A program made the translations under genes and the position numbers. From the NCBI RefSeq assembly GCF_002105155.1, contig NW_019028995.1:186001-250000 (forward strand): a stretch of DNA of 64,000 nt. The letters are read 5' to 3'. A model generated the notes under the pieces. It was not told the DNA's origin and made no database searches. It was given only the letters and a program-made list of their open reading frames with translations. Each line of letters opens with the position of its first letter. Within the stretch, counting starts at the first letter, position 1. The stretch is from Lobosporangium transversale. Taxonomy: Eukaryota. This document shows positions 39,409 through 52,390 of this stretch, one piece after another.

Positions 39409-40062
39409 AAATCCAGTTCTACTCGGATGACTCTGTGGTAAACATTGGTATAGACAGTTAACATCGCATCTGGTGTGGCCATGCCTATCTAGAACCAAGA
39501 CTTTAAAGATACCATTCATGGACTTATGGACCTATGGAAGAGTAGCAGAGTACGTACCATCAGCATACGCCGGATTCTGTGACTTATTTGCGGAAACCCA
39601 CATTACTCCCAGGAGTACATTCATCAATGTATTCATAGGCAATAGCGGTGCCGTAGACAATTGCAACTTGTTAGTCCAGCACTAGCAGCCATAAACAGCT
39701 GAATGGCGCTGGCGCACAATGGCGGGCAGTAGCCTAACAATCCTACAGTGTGTGAAGGGAAGGGGAACTAGAGCCCAATAGGCGCGTGACCATGCGGAAC
39801 ACGCCGGCAATGAAGCTACAGACGGGTAACGGCTACGAATACATTGATAAATATATTCCTGGGAGTAATGTGGGTTTCCGCAAATAAGTCACAGAATCCG
39901 GCGTATGCTGATGGTACGTACTCTGCTACTCTTCCATAGGTCCATAAGTCCATGAATGGTATCTTTAAAGTCTTGGTTCTAGATAGGCATGGCCACACCA
40001 GATGCGATGTTAACTGTCTATACCAATGTTTATCACAGAGTCATCCGGGTAGAACCAGATTT
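39409..40062. repeat. Inverted repeat: 232-bp arms (39409-39640 / 39831-40062) with 190-bp spacer
   Basis: Arms are near-identical in the core (mirrored ORFs MWPCLSRTKTLKIPF...) and diverge outward. Confidence 0.9.
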
Positions 40063-40621
40063 AGCTATCGCCCCGTTACCGGATCTAGCAGTAACCTCAT
40101 TCCCATGAACATTAATCTTCGACAGATACTCCAAACGCACGTTGTATATCCAGGCCCTATATATATCATTGTAATGGTTGTTACAATATACCTACTGCAG
40201 AGGGCGCTTGCCAACATAGCACTCTGTTTTTGTCGTTACTGATAGATCCGTGATTTAAGCTGTCATAATTTCCCCGTTGCTACTGCTTCAGTGCCTTAGG
40301 CTTCTTCTGCTGTATTTACTGCTTTATGCTGCAAGCTTTGGTCAATCTCTTGCCCCCATAACTGCCTTTGGTACTATGGGCACCTCTTCTCTCATTTTTT
40401 TCCTAGTGTCTTTTAAAGCACCCTCATGACAGCCCTGTCTTGCTATTTTGAAGAGTTTTTTTCTCTTTTTTCTTTCCCTCTTTCCTCTTACCCAAACCTA
40501 TTTGTTACGAAAAGCACCAAGCTTTTCCCTTTTGGCACACCCAACGAATCTTCTTTCATTCCCTGCTTCCGCTGTACTGGCGGCTATAAATTACTACAAG
40601 AGCAACAGTAACTTCAACATT

Positions 40622-43144
40622 ATGTTTATGCTAAGATCAACATCCGCAACTTTAGCTCTATGCCTAGTAGCATCTCACTTTCGAGTCTCAGATGCTGCAG
40701 CACCAACCGTAGGTCATGCTCCGTTTTTAGCAGGACCTCTAGCGAGCGACATTGGTGGGGCCCATCTGCTTCTGGAAAATGATGTCGACTCTTCCACAGC
40801 CAAGCATGCATTCCTATTACTTTCAAAGCCAAGAGGATACTATGATGGCATGGAAGCCTGCGCGTCTATGGGTGATAGTATGTTTATATAAGTGGCGATT
40901 GGTAATGATAATAATAAAAAAAATCTGCTGCTGCGTTTATCACGACGCATGCCCTACAGAGCAACCCGAGCAGCTTATTTTTCATTTTAGCCTAATTTAT
41001 TTGTTGCTTCATTTATTTAGGTGGATACATTTTCGTCCCTGGAACAGTTGGTGCCAACAGTCTAGTTTCGTTGCTGAAGAAGAATGCACCTGCGCAGAAG
41101 GAAGCGTCTGCTTTCTCTCAGTTCTGGATTTATAATGGTAGATCTAATCAACGATTCAAATCAATGCTGAAAAAGTTCTTTGTATTATCGTGCGATATGC
41201 TTTCATATACATTCTTACTTCGTTGTATTTCCATCCACTACTGTGGTTTCTGGGAACTATACACAGCTATGCCCGGTGTGGTGGACAACTGTTTGGCAGT
41301 CAATAGAAACACAGGGAGAACTGATTGGATTCCATGCACTACACAACTACCCACGGTCTGCTTCAACAGCGTAAAGCGCTGTAAGCACTTTTCAAAAGAT
41401 ACTTCCCGTCAAATCAGGGTCAACACACCTATAGGTTCCATCCAAGGTTGGCGTGACCAGAATGCATTCCGATTCTTGGGAATCCCTTATGCTGAGCCAC
41501 CTGTCGGAGATCTGCGATTTGCCGCTCCTGTCGCCAAAGCTCCCTTCAAGCAAACTTGGGATGCAATCCGCTACAAGAGTGTTTGTCCTCAAACTACAGG
41601 AATTACCCCTAAAATCATTAGCTATCTCGAAAACGAAGCCCCAGAAAGTGAGGACTGCCTATATTTGAATGTTTATACTCCTAGTTTAAAGGGCCCTAAC
41701 GAACCTTTGTTGCCAGTGATGTTCTATATCCATGGCGGGAGTTATACCAGGTAAACATTTATTATCCTGCTTGCTTACTATAACTGTTGTAGCTAGTTTG
41801 CCTCAATCAGTGGTATTGATGTCTAACAACCAACCATTTTTTATATGGCATTATAGCTTTTCTGGTTCGACAGCCGTATTTGAGCCTGGTAACATGGTCT
41901 CTCGTGGAGGAGTTGTTGTTATCACCTTCAACTATCGTCTTGGTTTACTTGGTTTTTTGGAGAATGAGGATGTATGGCCGAGGTCATCCATCCCTGGTAA
42001 CCAAGCTTTTCGTGACCAAATTTTAGCTCTCCAATGGGTGAAAAAGAATATTGCATCGTTTGGAGGAGATCCCAATCGACTGACAGTCTTTGGTGAGAGT
42101 TCAGGTGCGACTAGTATCCGTGCCTTGCTTTCAGCTCCCTCCACCTGGGGGCTCTATCAGAGTATCATCGCCCAAAGTGATCCCATCAATATCCCATTTG
42201 ATCTTCCTTTGACATCTGCACGAGTCACTAACTACTTCATGGAGGCTCTCGGTTGCGGTGTCACGGATCTGAACTGTGCTCGTTCCAGAAGCATGGAAAA
42301 AATCATAAAAGCGCAGATCGTTGCCAATTCAAGGATGCTTGCAGAAAACAAATGGGCTACTGAAATCCTTGTGCAGCGACCTACGATTGATGGTCAACTA
42401 ATCCCCGCAGAGTTCTCACAGCTGGTCAAGACAGGCAAGTACAATACCAAGGCCAATATCATGTGGAGCAGTACTAAGGATGAGGTCGGTCGGTTTATTC
42501 CCCATCACTTCCCCAAAGTCATCGATCCAAAGAATGCGTCAGTGACTCTGGACCTCTTCTTTGATACCAGCCGAGCTGACAAGCTCTTGAAGTCAGAGTA
42601 CTTTCAACCTGACCCCAATGACCCAGACGGGGCTCGTAATCTGGTCAACTATGCTGGAGCCCAATATTTCTTTTTCTGTCCTCTTCGCTATCTCAGCCGT
42701 CAAATCGCCAAGAACAAGAAGATATACAAAGCCCGATTCAATTATGGTCGCAACTTTCCTTTTGTTGGTTGTACCTATTGTTCAGTAAACACAGGTCGTG
42801 TCTGTCATGGTAGTGATATCCAACCTGTGTTTGCGAGTGGTGCTTCTGTCCCAGGACATTCACAAAAGGGAGATGATGCGCGATTCGCCCGCCAGGTTGT
42901 GGATCGGTTCACAGCATTTGCCAAGACCGGAGATCCCAATCCCAAACCAGACATTCAAGGGTTTGAGGCTACTAATCCAGATGTTACCAGTGTGCAATGG
43001 ATACCATATGACGGCACCGATCCAGTTCTTGAACTGAATATAACGAGTATAGTGTCACGGAAGGCGTTTAATGATGTCTGCACCTGGTTTGATACAGAGT
43101 TTTTATATGATTTCTGGCTCAGGATCTCCGACAATACGCCATGA
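40622..43144 (+). CDS. Secreted type-B carboxylesterase (copy 3)
   Basis: Signal peptide MFMLRSTSATLALCLVAS; HGGSY, GESSG, TKDEVG, VCHGSDI; same exon layout. Confidence 0.92.
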
Positions 43145-43793
43145 ACAAGCGCCGAACGATTTATCAGACTCATAGTTAAAGTATCAGGGCCCTAACAGAT
43201 AACATAGCAAAACAATTTAAAGTAAAATGAAGGTCGACACGTGTTGCAACGGTACAAGAAGTAGACTATAAATAAATTTGATGCTATTTGCCGTTCTTTC
43301 TGCCGTTGATGGGTGTTGATAGACCAATGTTGTTAAAATGGTTACAATTGTGTGTGCAGTGCCACCGGGCTGATGAATGGAAGTGGCTTAGATATACTTT
43401 GTCACGGGAGGAAACTGCAACATCACGGGGCTTTTTTCATTCTCTCTTCTTTCTTTGCTCTTCCTTTCGACAATAGGACAATAGGAATAACCATTTTTCT
43501 CTTTTTGGATACAAGAGCAAACTAAAAGGGCAGACAGCATCGTAAGTCTTGTTCCAAAGAACCAAAGTGACATAACTGCTTGATGGACAGGAGAAATGAC
43601 GCGCTTCGTTCATTTTTTTTTTTTTTTTTTTTTCTGGTCGTTAGCATGGAATAACATCTCAGAAAAAAAAAAGAAAAAGAAAATGGCAACACTTCAAAAA
43701 AAAAAAAAAAAAAAAAATTAGATATTAAGCAATCACTTTATCTTTTCCCTCTGATATATCTTTGAAATAGTCTCTGACTAGACGTTAGTTGCT

Positions 43794-44991
43794 ATGGCGA
43801 CAAACCAGGAAGTTCAAGAAGCAATTAAAACTCTGGTAGGGGCCCAAATTAACTATATCAACAATCGAAAACTGTTGCTCCCTTCAAGAGCAGCAAAGCA
43901 TGATTCAAAATCTCACTTTTATAATTATACCAAGACTGACTCGATAGCAAGTGTTAGCGGAGATAATGACAGGGCTTTTGTAGAGTCTTTCTCTGCAGCC
44001 ATTGCCCAGCACGATAGGGAAGAGGCTGCGGCCAAGGCCGCCGCTGCGGCATCTGCGCTCGCTGCTGCAGTAGAAACGCCAGTTACTACCGGTGCTGGAG
44101 TAGCGTCTTCAGGGAATGTCTCTGCCATTGATGTTGGCGCAACAACCTCTACTACCCTTACTAGTACAGAAGTAAATGAGAATACCACTACTGCTAATAC
44201 TACTGCAACTACTAGCGGGACCACCACTACAACCACCATCACAGAACAACTAAACGGACGCGAAGAACTTCAGCGCATTGCAGAGCAGTATCGACAGGAG
44301 CAGAAATTGCAGGCACAGCAACAAGAGGGCCGGACTCAAGCATCAGAACAAACCGCCGCGCAGGTAGTAGTAGACCAAGATGAAGTGCTGCAGCAAATTG
44401 CTAGTGTTGCTGTGGATACTGGAAGCACCTTGGCTACCGTTCCTATCACATCAGTATCGGTGTAAGCTATACAGTTGATCCAAACTGCTGGAGAAATGGC
44501 GACGTATTTGGTGTAGCTTTCTATATACAAAGCTTTATATTAATGTGGTATGACCTATCTGTTGATCTTTGACTTATAGTCCGCAAGCACCGCCTGCCAA
44601 GCCTGTTCCAGGATCAGATGAATGGCACAAAATGCGCCGCGATAACCACAAGGAAGTAGAGCGTAGACGCCGAGAAACTATTAACGAGGGCATCAATGAA
44701 ATCGCCAAGGCAGTGCCTAACTGCGATAAAAATAAGGGTTCAATTCTGAGACAGGCGGTCAAGTATATTCAAACGATCCTTGCAGAGAATGAACGCCTTG
44801 CTGCAGAGAAGGAGCTGTTGGATGCAACTAGGGCGGAGATGAACGGTTACATTTTAGAGAAAAGCGTCTCGGAAGCGACTTTTGAAGGCCTCAGTAAGGA
44901 ACATGAGAGACTTAAGAAGGAATATGAGGATCTCCGTAAAAAGATGGATGAGCTGGAGCCCCATGCAGCCAAGAAGCAGCGCACGGAATGA
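43794..44991 (+). CDS. bHLH transcription factor, Cbf1-like
   Basis: GSDEWHKMRRDNHKEVERRRRETINEGINEIAKAVPNCDKNKGSILRQAVKYI followed by a coiled coil; intron ~44462-44579. Confidence 0.85.
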
Positions 44992-45751
44992 GCTATGCGA
45001 AGTATTATGATCGTGCTGTCTCCGTTATTACTGCCCCATATAATAATTTTTTTTTTTGTAGCCTTTCTATTCGGTTTGTTTCTGCATACTATCACACATC
45101 CATGGGTCGTCAGCACAATACGACAGCAACATCAAATATATTTACTCCTCCTTCTCTAGATAGTACTGTAAAGGACATAAAAATAAAAGGTGTCACATAT
45201 TTTTGGGAAGCAAAGGGACTATGGTATTAATAAAGCAATTTGAGCAGCATTTTAATAATTATGTCCTCTATTCAGACGAAACTCCAGGGCATAAGCTGTC
45301 TCTGTGCTAGTGATCAGAGCGGCTCGTGGTGCTCAGAACTAGCCGACGACGACATGCGATTTACCCAACTCAAGCGGGTTCAGTACAGCCCTTGAAAAGG
45401 CAGGAAACACCAGCCATAACTCCAATGTTCTGCATGATCCTTCTACCAATGTATCATTCCAATTTAATGTTCGGAACAACATGATCCACAGCAACAACGG
45501 CATAGCACTCGCAATATCTCTTTCAATTATCAGATCCATGAACCAAACCGATAACAAGGTCGTATCCATCTTCCCCCCCCCCCGTTATTAATAGCTAAAC
45601 TCTCACTTTGTCTTATTGCTCACTTCGTACTAAACCATCTCATTAAAAAAAATCGGTATCTTTTAGTCGAAAATACATAACAAAGAGGGGAAAAACACTT
45701 TTTTTTTTTTTTCTACCGTTAAAAAGTCCATGTAATAAATGTCTATGATTT

Positions 45752-48058
45752 TTAATGTCCATGGCCATCATCCTGCTCTCCTCTTTGCTCAGGTGCTACT
45801 GTGATCATGTCATCAATACGTAGAATGGATAGTGCAGTCTCTGTAGCCGACCGCAGCGCTCGGACTTTGGACAATGTTGGCTCAAGAACCCCAGCATGAA
45901 CATTATCACGGAGCTCTCCCTTAATCAAGTCTAGACCATACCACTTCAAGCCCTGGCGCGCCTTATCGTTCTGAGAGGCATTATGGTAGACACGAAGTGT
46001 GGCCACCAAATCCGTGGAATCCTTGGCAGCATTGACTGCTAACGTCTTGGGGATCACAAGCAAGGCGCTAGCAAACTCTGCAATAGCTAGTTGTTCACGC
46101 GAGCCCTATATGCATATTGTCAGCGAAAGAAAACGGTGTTAAACACTTAGTGTAGCTTACGAATGTGCGTCAATGAAAACAAAGAAAATTCGCTCCAGAC
46201 ATTACTAACCAGAGTAGTTGCAAAATTCTCAAGATAAATGTTCAATGCAGTCTCCACTGCACCGCCTCCGGGAACGACACTTCCACTCTCCAATGTCCTT
46301 TTTACAACGCAGAGCGAATCATGTAGCGAGCGTTCCATTTCATCCAACATAAAGTCATTTGCACCACGGAGAATAATCGATGCGGACGACTGAGCCTTGG
46401 TACCCTTGATCAAGATGCACTCATCATCCGAGATCCTCTCCTGAACAACCTCCTCTGCATGTCCCAGGTAGGAAGCATCATATGTCTCCTCACCTTCCAA
46501 GTTTGCCAGCGTTGAGATCAAGGTGGCGCCGGTAGCTTTGGCAATGCGACGAAGATCTTCCTTCTTACAGCGACGAACAGCCATGGCGCCAGCCTCAATA
46601 AACAATTTTAAGCACATGTCATCGATCCCCTTTGTCGTTAAAATAACATTGGCTCCTGTAGCAAGGATCTTTTTGATACGCTCCGTAGTAATATCACTTT
46701 CCCTGATCAGTTGATAGTATAAATAGATAGAAAAAAGGCAATCGTTGGTAACATTCTTCTTCCCTTAATTGTAATCTTTTTCTTTGTCAGGTTCTGGAAG
46801 CCAGCATGAAGATTTTTTTTTTTTGTTTACCTCTTGCGAATATCCTCAAGCTTATCAGGATCATCTACTTGAATATGTACTCCCAAGTTCATGCGAACTT
46901 TTTGAAGGTTGATATCTAAGCAAGCGATCTTGGCATTGGTAACTTTGGTTTTCATTGCCTGACTGGCAACTGTGCAGTTGAGGGCATACCCCTTGACAAA
47001 CATAGACTCGGTTGCACTCCTTCCATGAGCCTTCAATACGTTGACAGCCTTAACAGGATATTTGTGTTCACCACGACTGTTTGTCGTCTTAACGGCCAAC
47101 ATAGCATCCACAGCCATATTTGAGAAGAATTCATCATGGCTAATGTTATGAACATGGTTGAATAAGCAAGAAAAAAAAACTTCATTTTCAGACCACTTAT
47201 CATAAACTTCAAGCAACCCGGATTTTCCCAGCAGCATTCCCTTCTTCCTTTGGGAATTTCAAAAAAATAAAATAAAATAACTTTTCCGACTTACGACCCA
47301 ATGATTTTGCTGGACATACTAGTCTTTGCAGCATTGACAAGACAATCGCGTCCAAGGGCCTCAACCTTGATCGACATTTGATCAGCAATGAACTTGCATG
47401 CCTCCTTTGATGCCAATCTGTATCCAGTAATGATGGTAGTGGGGTGAATCTTGTTCTTGACAAGCTCATTGGCTCTTTTCAAGAGTTCGGCAGCAATGAT
47501 TACAACCGATGTGGTACCATCACCCACCTCCTTATCCTGTTGTTGAGCCAACTCGACAAGAATCTTCCCTGCAGGGTGCTCCACTTCCAGCATGTTGAGG
47601 ATGGTGGCTCCGTCATTAGTGATAGTAACATCCTAACAGATAAAGAATCTATTTTTAGCAATTGACGGCTTTCTTCAACTTAAAGAAAAGGATGAAAAAA
47701 AGAAAAAAAATTCCCTACTCCAATTTCATTGACAATCATTTTGTCCAGACCAACGGGTCCAAGAGATGACTTGACAATGTTGGCAATCGAGGACGTAGCA
47801 AGGACTAACATGAGCGCGTAATTGTATAAAAAAAAATTAGAGAGTCAGTCGTAACGCACATTATAAGGCAGGCAATAGTGGGGTTGAATGTATGGCATCA
47901 CGTCGTATCTACAGCATGTTTCCTCGTCGACAGCTCTGGTTCGAACAAAAAAAAAAAAGCTTCAAAGTATAATCAATACCATTCTGATCCCTGATGTTCT
48001 GTCCTGTGGTGCGCTCTCCTCCAAGGAACAAACTGGCGCTCTGCTGTGCTGCATACAT
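45752..48058 (-). CDS. TCP1: T-complex protein 1 subunit alpha (CCT1)
   Basis: N-terminus [92 protein letters not shown]. Confidence 0.95.
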
Positions 48059-49100
48059 GATATGATGTTTAATATGGCTCGATGGATGAGTTGAAGAATG
48101 AAAGCTAATGTCGTTGCCTCACAATACTTTAAACCATGCACTGAACTCATAGAAGGCAGAAGAAGCATTGACGATTTATTAAGGGTTATTGTCACTCAGT
48201 GACAACCAATGAGAAATCCGTAGGCGGATTCAACAAACACGACAGTTCCGCGCACGCGAAAACGACACGTTGTAAAAAAAAAAAAGTCCCACTCGTGGTT
48301 TCGCGCTATGAATATTTATGCACTCTAGATAAAAAGGAAATGACAGGTTGGAGTGGATAAAGAACCCTGAATCACACTTTCACTGGAGAAAAAAAAGCAG
48401 TAAAGAAAAGCGCAATGTATCCTAGATTGGAGGGCAGTCCAAACTCTTTGTATTCGACCTTCAACTGTAGTGACAGAGGTTTAGGGATGATCTCTTCTTG
48501 TTTTAGAATCCACCGCTTTCTTGGTCAATTGGATTATCTGCAAAAAAAATAAAACAATAATAAAAGAAAGGAAAAACTGAGGTAGCAGAACCACATTTTA
48601 TTTTCTTACACCTCATCAAAAGCCTTCTATAAAATGCAATGACACGAAAGCAAAGACATAGACAATTGCGTGGAGTGCATTTAGGCATTTTGGGCGAGCT
48701 TGTGTTTGATGCGGTTGTGCTTTTTTTTTTTTTTTTTTGTTCTGCGCATGAATGAGAAGTTATACAATGGCAATGTTATGCTTAAAACCACATCCACACT
48801 GATGGGGCAGGCAAACCTGTAGAACAAACCTACATTACATGTACCAACTCTTGTTTCTCTAGGCATACATAAAGGATATTTTGTACAAAAGAAGTGAACA
48901 CTTGGACATTTGCAATAAATACTCTTTACAAGAGGCTACTCTTCTTTTTTTTTTTTTTTAAAAAAAAAATTAATAATAATAATAATAGTGGTCGCTTCCC
49001 TTTTCTTGACGACAGCCACTCTCACTGGGCTCAACTGATAAGGACAAACCATACATCCATCATTGAACTATGTACAGAAACGACAAAAACAACAAAAAAA

Positions 49101-50018
49101 ATGTATCCAGGTATCACTCTGCTCTGATCAAACTCTTGCTATGCATTTGATACTTTTACATTTGCTCAAACATCTTGCTTTCTCAAATGCACGCACTCAG
49201 ACAATAACAACAAATTGCGCTCAGACTATTGGGTCAACTTCCATGCCAATGGCGGCAACGCACCTAGTTGGAGCAGCTCTACTAGTCTTCATTTCCGTTC
49301 ACTGTCCTCTCAGGTCAACTCATACGGCTCCTATGTCACACTCGAGGACGAACCCGATGCGAGTCCCTATAGCTACTCAAACCTTTGGGAAATTCAGCTC
49401 AAGCTTGGTGAAATCCCAGACATGATCTCACATAATTTGTTGGAACCCTGTGCTTCTCCATCTTTCAAGACAGAAGCACACTGTGAGACCCCATGCTCCT
49501 TTCCATTTAGAAATCAGGCTGAGGCTTTCTTTTGCAAAAGAATAGACGGATATAACAAAGAAGAGGCGAGGCGGGAAAGAGTTTTCACGGAGTCTGCTAA
49601 GCAGAATGACCATGATATGATCTGCTTTTTAGAGCTTGATGACAACCCGTCTATAGGAGTCGATAAAAATTACGGCGCCATGAAGGCGTATGAAGAAGAG
49701 GAAGATAAAGAAAACGGGAATGTCAAAAGACGATGGGATACGTCGATGATCCGCCCTGTTTACGTGATAGGTCGCCCCATGAAGGTACGGCTAGACGATA
49801 AGACCCGTCATGACCGCAAGGATAGTGGTTTCTTAAGTGAGGATGATGTATTCTTCTGCAAAGAAAAGCATATTCTCTCCGTCACTGTCAGCGACCCTGG
49901 TTCTTCTGCTGCTGCTACTTCTATAACCCTGAAAACCAAACAAGATCGGAAGCATGGCCATAGTGTGGCTTTTGCATCCTTGCAACGCATTGCTTCCAGA
50001 TTTATTTGCCGATCATAA
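49101..50018 (+). CDS. Hypothetical protein (~275 aa)
   Basis: 267-codon open frame; plausible 10-nt first exon ATGTATCCAG|gt, with intron 49111-49200 in phase; no domain recognised. Confidence 0.55.
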
Positions 50019-50587
50019 CTTCTTAGCAATGGTGCTTAGTTTGGAGGATGCCTTTGAGATATTGTTTTTATGGATGCAGGACATTTACAAATGGAAAATA
50101 AAATCGATTGACAAAAAAAAAACGATGTAAAATCAATCATGTGTATTACAATTATGCTACACACTTGACTTTACCATTCTCCCTTTCCCATTTGAAAATT
50201 TTTTTTAAAAAAAAAAGGTGTTTGTGTGAGAAAGGCTTGGCTACCTCTCGATATAAGAAAAAAGAATCACACAAATCATATACCGAGTAAGAAGAGCATC
50301 GATCTGGTCTAGAGATGCCGCTAGGAATCTCACAACCAACAACGAGCACATTGCTGTACTCAATGAAAGAAAAATTTTCTTCAAATTAAACAAAGATATT
50401 TATAGGGGGAGAAGGCCACCAAATCACAGGACTGTTATTAAATGTAGGACTGGTTTTTTTTAATTTGAATGAGATGAATCTGATTGGAGGACAAAAAAAT
50501 AAAAGATGAATAAAATTTAATTACGTTTGGACTGGATATCAAAAAATGCAATTTCCCGCGTGGCGCCCAACTTAGCATTATTATATA

Positions 50588-50772
50588 TAGCCCGTTTCAT
50601 TTGGTCGCGATACCTTATATTTTTTGAATACTTTCGAGTGTATTGGCAGCCAATTAGCTCGCTTGTTACGAGTATTGTTGCAAGTCCGTCACGTAGTGAG
50701 ATGCCACCAGAACAATTCAATCATCGTTTTTAGATTAAAATATAAGGTATCGTGACCAAATAAAATTGGCGA
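50588..50772. mobile_element. MITE (185 bp) related to the 3878-10857 transposon
   Basis: Left end TAGCCCGTTTCATTTGGTCGCGATACCTTATATTTTT matches the large element with one mismatch; right end AAAATATAAGGTATCGTGACCAAATAAAATTGGCGA is more decayed; TA on both flanks. Confidence 0.88.
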
Positions 50773-51863
50773 TATATACATGTTATACTTTATTATTTAT
50801 TACATGCAGGTCATTATTGATATTAGACCATGAGAGGAAAGAAGGTCAATTAACAAAAATATTTTTTGTGTTATTCATAGAAGAGGAAGTACTTACTACT
50901 TGTCATCCATCTCTATCCGAAGCGAACAAGGGAAAAAGTGAACGCTTCCTTCTTCCCCTCCTTCCCTCTTCTCCTTCCCTTCTTATCGACTCGATCGAAC
51001 AAGCACAATCTGATCACACACATTCACATTCACATTCACATTCACATTCAATCTCATATTCAATCTCATTCACCATCTTGACTCCACAGTTCACTTTCCC
51101 TATCCCGTCCATACATACACACTTACGCACATACACTTATATCCATAGCTCTGACCCTTACCAACAACCTGGCATATTACACAACCACCATAGCCTTCGA
51201 GACAGATTCACTTCACCAGCTCTTGTGAGTTCTGCTCGGCTCCCAATCCAATCTTCTGCACCCTTGCATTCACCCACAGGAACAAACATTTCGCAGCGAG
51301 TCTGTCTTTGGTAGGTCTTACACCTTTTTTTATTGGCTCTATGACCATCATTGTTATCGTCGCTATCACCGTTACTACGTAACATCCCACATGCAGACAG
51401 TCTAAAAAAGGAATAGAGATCAGCTGCATGGAGACAAGCTACTTCCCCCCTCCTTTTTTTATTTCTCCCTCTTTTCTTAATGATGTGGTTTGCACACCTC
51501 AATGCCTGATATACTTATTTGCCCCTAGTGTCAATTGCATCATGCACATCGCTTGTGCCCTTTTCCCCTTGATGTTCCACGCACTCTTTCTTCGGTGAAT
51601 TTTATTTAATTACGCTTGTGCACCAAATTTTGCACTAAAAAGTTTGTGTCCCATCTGGCGCTATGCAATTCATCGTAAACATCACATTTTTTTTTGGTCA
51701 AAGCGACCAACTAAGCTATTTAAATCAACAGTGTAACAACATGGCTATTTGCCCTTGATTCATCATTATTTCTAACAATCTTTTTTTACTTTTTGACCCA
51801 GTTTAAAGGCTCCAAACTGGGTCTTATCTATTCTGAGCTATTGATTAAATGCTTTCAGTCATT

Positions 51864-52025
<162 letters not shown>

Positions 52026-52317
52026 TTGTGCATGTGAACAATATTTTACGTCCAACTCCCCTGATCAGATTTACACCTATCATCACTCTTGACGTCAAGT
52101 AAATGTTAAATGTATGCACCAAAAAAGTGAAAGCACTATACAAAGTAACAATAATTATAATGAAAGAAGCGAGTATGGGTTTGCTTTTCTTTACTGTATT
52201 TATCTGGACATGAAGCGCGGGAGAAATGGATGTTGATGTCCGCTGGCTTGGGTTGGCTACTTCTTTCCAACCCTTATAAAATGTAAAAAAAAAAAAAAAC
52301 AGACACGTCAAACGCTC

Positions 52318-52390
52318 TTTCCCTTTTTCCCTTTTTCCCTTTCCCTTTCCCCTTTCCCTTTCCCTTTCCCTTTCCCTTTCCCTTTCCCCC
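52318..52390 (+). repeat. Imperfect (TTTCCC)n pyrimidine tract
   Basis: Visible hexamer repeat. Confidence 0.8.

Noticed and set aside
31823..44991. Sulfur-regulon cluster (Cbf1-like factor near sulfite oxidases)
   Set aside because: No CACGTG site seen in the SO promoters, and proximity alone is not evidence.
47806..47980. Intronic box C/D snoRNA in TCP1 intron 1
   Set aside because: Box C is imperfect (GTGATGC), with no terminal stem or identifiable rRNA guide.
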